64,000 nt of DNA, taken from the NCBI GenBank assembly GCA_000004695.1, contig CM000150.2:1216001-1280000 (forward strand), written 5' to 3'. Position 1 is the stretch's first letter; every line of letters begins with the position of its first letter. Below, one piece after another: positions 63,368 to 64,000 of the stretch. The translations under genes and the position numbers were made by a program. The notes below the pieces were generated by a model, which ran no database searches, had not been told where the DNA came from, and saw only the letters and a program-made list of their open reading frames with translations. This DNA is from Dictyostelium discoideum. Lineage: Eukaryota.

Positions 63368-64000
63368 ATATTTATAATGAAATTATCAGTATTATATTTT
63401 TATTATCTACAGTGATTTTTTCACAAGGTATAGTTTTACAATTTTATTTTTTAAAAATTATTTTTAAAATTATTACTGCTCTTTAACTAATTTTTTTTTT
63501 TGTTTTTTTTTTTTAGCTTATCAAGACATTTTAACATTTAATGTTGAACTTTATGATCAATTCCCAGGTTATAATAATAATTTCCAAACTAATGGAACTG
63601 GTGGTAGAGTTACTGGTTTAGTTAAATCAACTTTAAATTCAACAACTCGTGTACCTGAATTAGTTTCGACATCAATTGGTTCAAATGATGCAGGTCATAT
63701 TTTGAATCCGTCATTATTCCAATACTTTTTTACTCCACAATTTGATTCAAGTTTACTAGGTGACAATTATCCATATGATTTTGAATTAGTTTTAAAATAT
63801 GATAAAAATAGAAATACATATGTTTATAATAATGAAAACTTTTTCCCTAGTAAGGAAATAAATTTTAATTTTTAAAAAAATACAAATTCAAAATATTAAT
63901 AAAATAATATAGTTGATGGTCGAGGTTTTGATATTGACCAAAAAAAAAGAATTTTTTTTAATGGTACTATATATCATAATTATCATTTTTGTATGAAAAT
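63368..64000 (+). pseudogene. PA14-domain gene, copy 4 (subtype B), partial at the window end. The exon-1 reading frame is broken by a 4-nt deletion; downstream exons are intact.
   Basis: Exon 1, atgaaattatcagtattatatttttattatctacagtgattttttcacaag|gtatag, translates MKLSVLYFYYLQ* versus [21 protein letters not shown] in copy 2. Exon 2 (63517..~63850; …[50 protein letters not shown]…) and the start of exon 3 are open and conserved. Confidence 0.5.

Noticed and set aside
1-64000. Prokaryotic-style novel system (defence islands, CRISPR, toxin-antitoxin, operons).
   Set aside because: The window is unambiguously eukaryotic (spliceosomal introns, 75-80% AT intergenic DNA, eukaryote-specific genes such as coatomer, APH-1 and Hippo kinase). 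No direct-repeat/spacer arrays or polycistronic organisation is present.

Overview
This 64 kb window is AT-rich eukaryotic nuclear DNA. Composition, poly(A)/poly(T) intergenic tracts, (CAA)n/(AAT)n coding repeats, short AT-rich GT..AG introns and the gene content all indicate Dictyostelium discoideum (or a very close relative). There is no prokaryotic-style system here (no CRISPR arrays, operons or phage genes).

I resolved about 23 protein-coding genes, most with 1-9 short introns. On the minus strand:
- a calponin/transgelin-like CH-domain gene (partial at the window start)
- gamma-secretase subunit APH-1
- MOCS3/Uba4 (ThiF + rhodanese)
- an M20 peptidase
- an Asn/Asp-rich hypothetical gene
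- a Yippee-like gene that, as written, carries a +1 frameshift
- a CX5R dual-specificity phosphatase
- a J-domain/DnaJ-X gene
- two CD36/LIMP-2 (lmp family) paralogues

On the plus strand:
- a Hippo/MST-like kinase fused to four calpain-domain-III repeats (KrsB-like)
- a Dicer-like protein (dsRBD + 2x RNase III)
- coatomer alpha
- a hypothetical LRR-like gene
- a multi-pass membrane protein
- a GPI-type LRR/EGF-like/IPT surface protein
- an Asn-rich helical-repeat hypothetical
- an ABCF ATPase with a long tandem-repeat N-terminus
- a transmembrane paralogue of the LRR/EGF-like gene

The 3' 8.5 kb holds a tandem array of four PA14-domain (PsiA-like) secreted proteins arranged as a duplicated two-gene unit. 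Copy 1 and copy 3 are full-length with a Cys-rich tail, copy 2 is truncated, and copy 4 has a frameshifted signal-peptide exon and runs off the window.

I found no tRNA or rRNA genes. All coordinates for spliced genes were derived by hand and may be off by 1-3 nt at some junctions.
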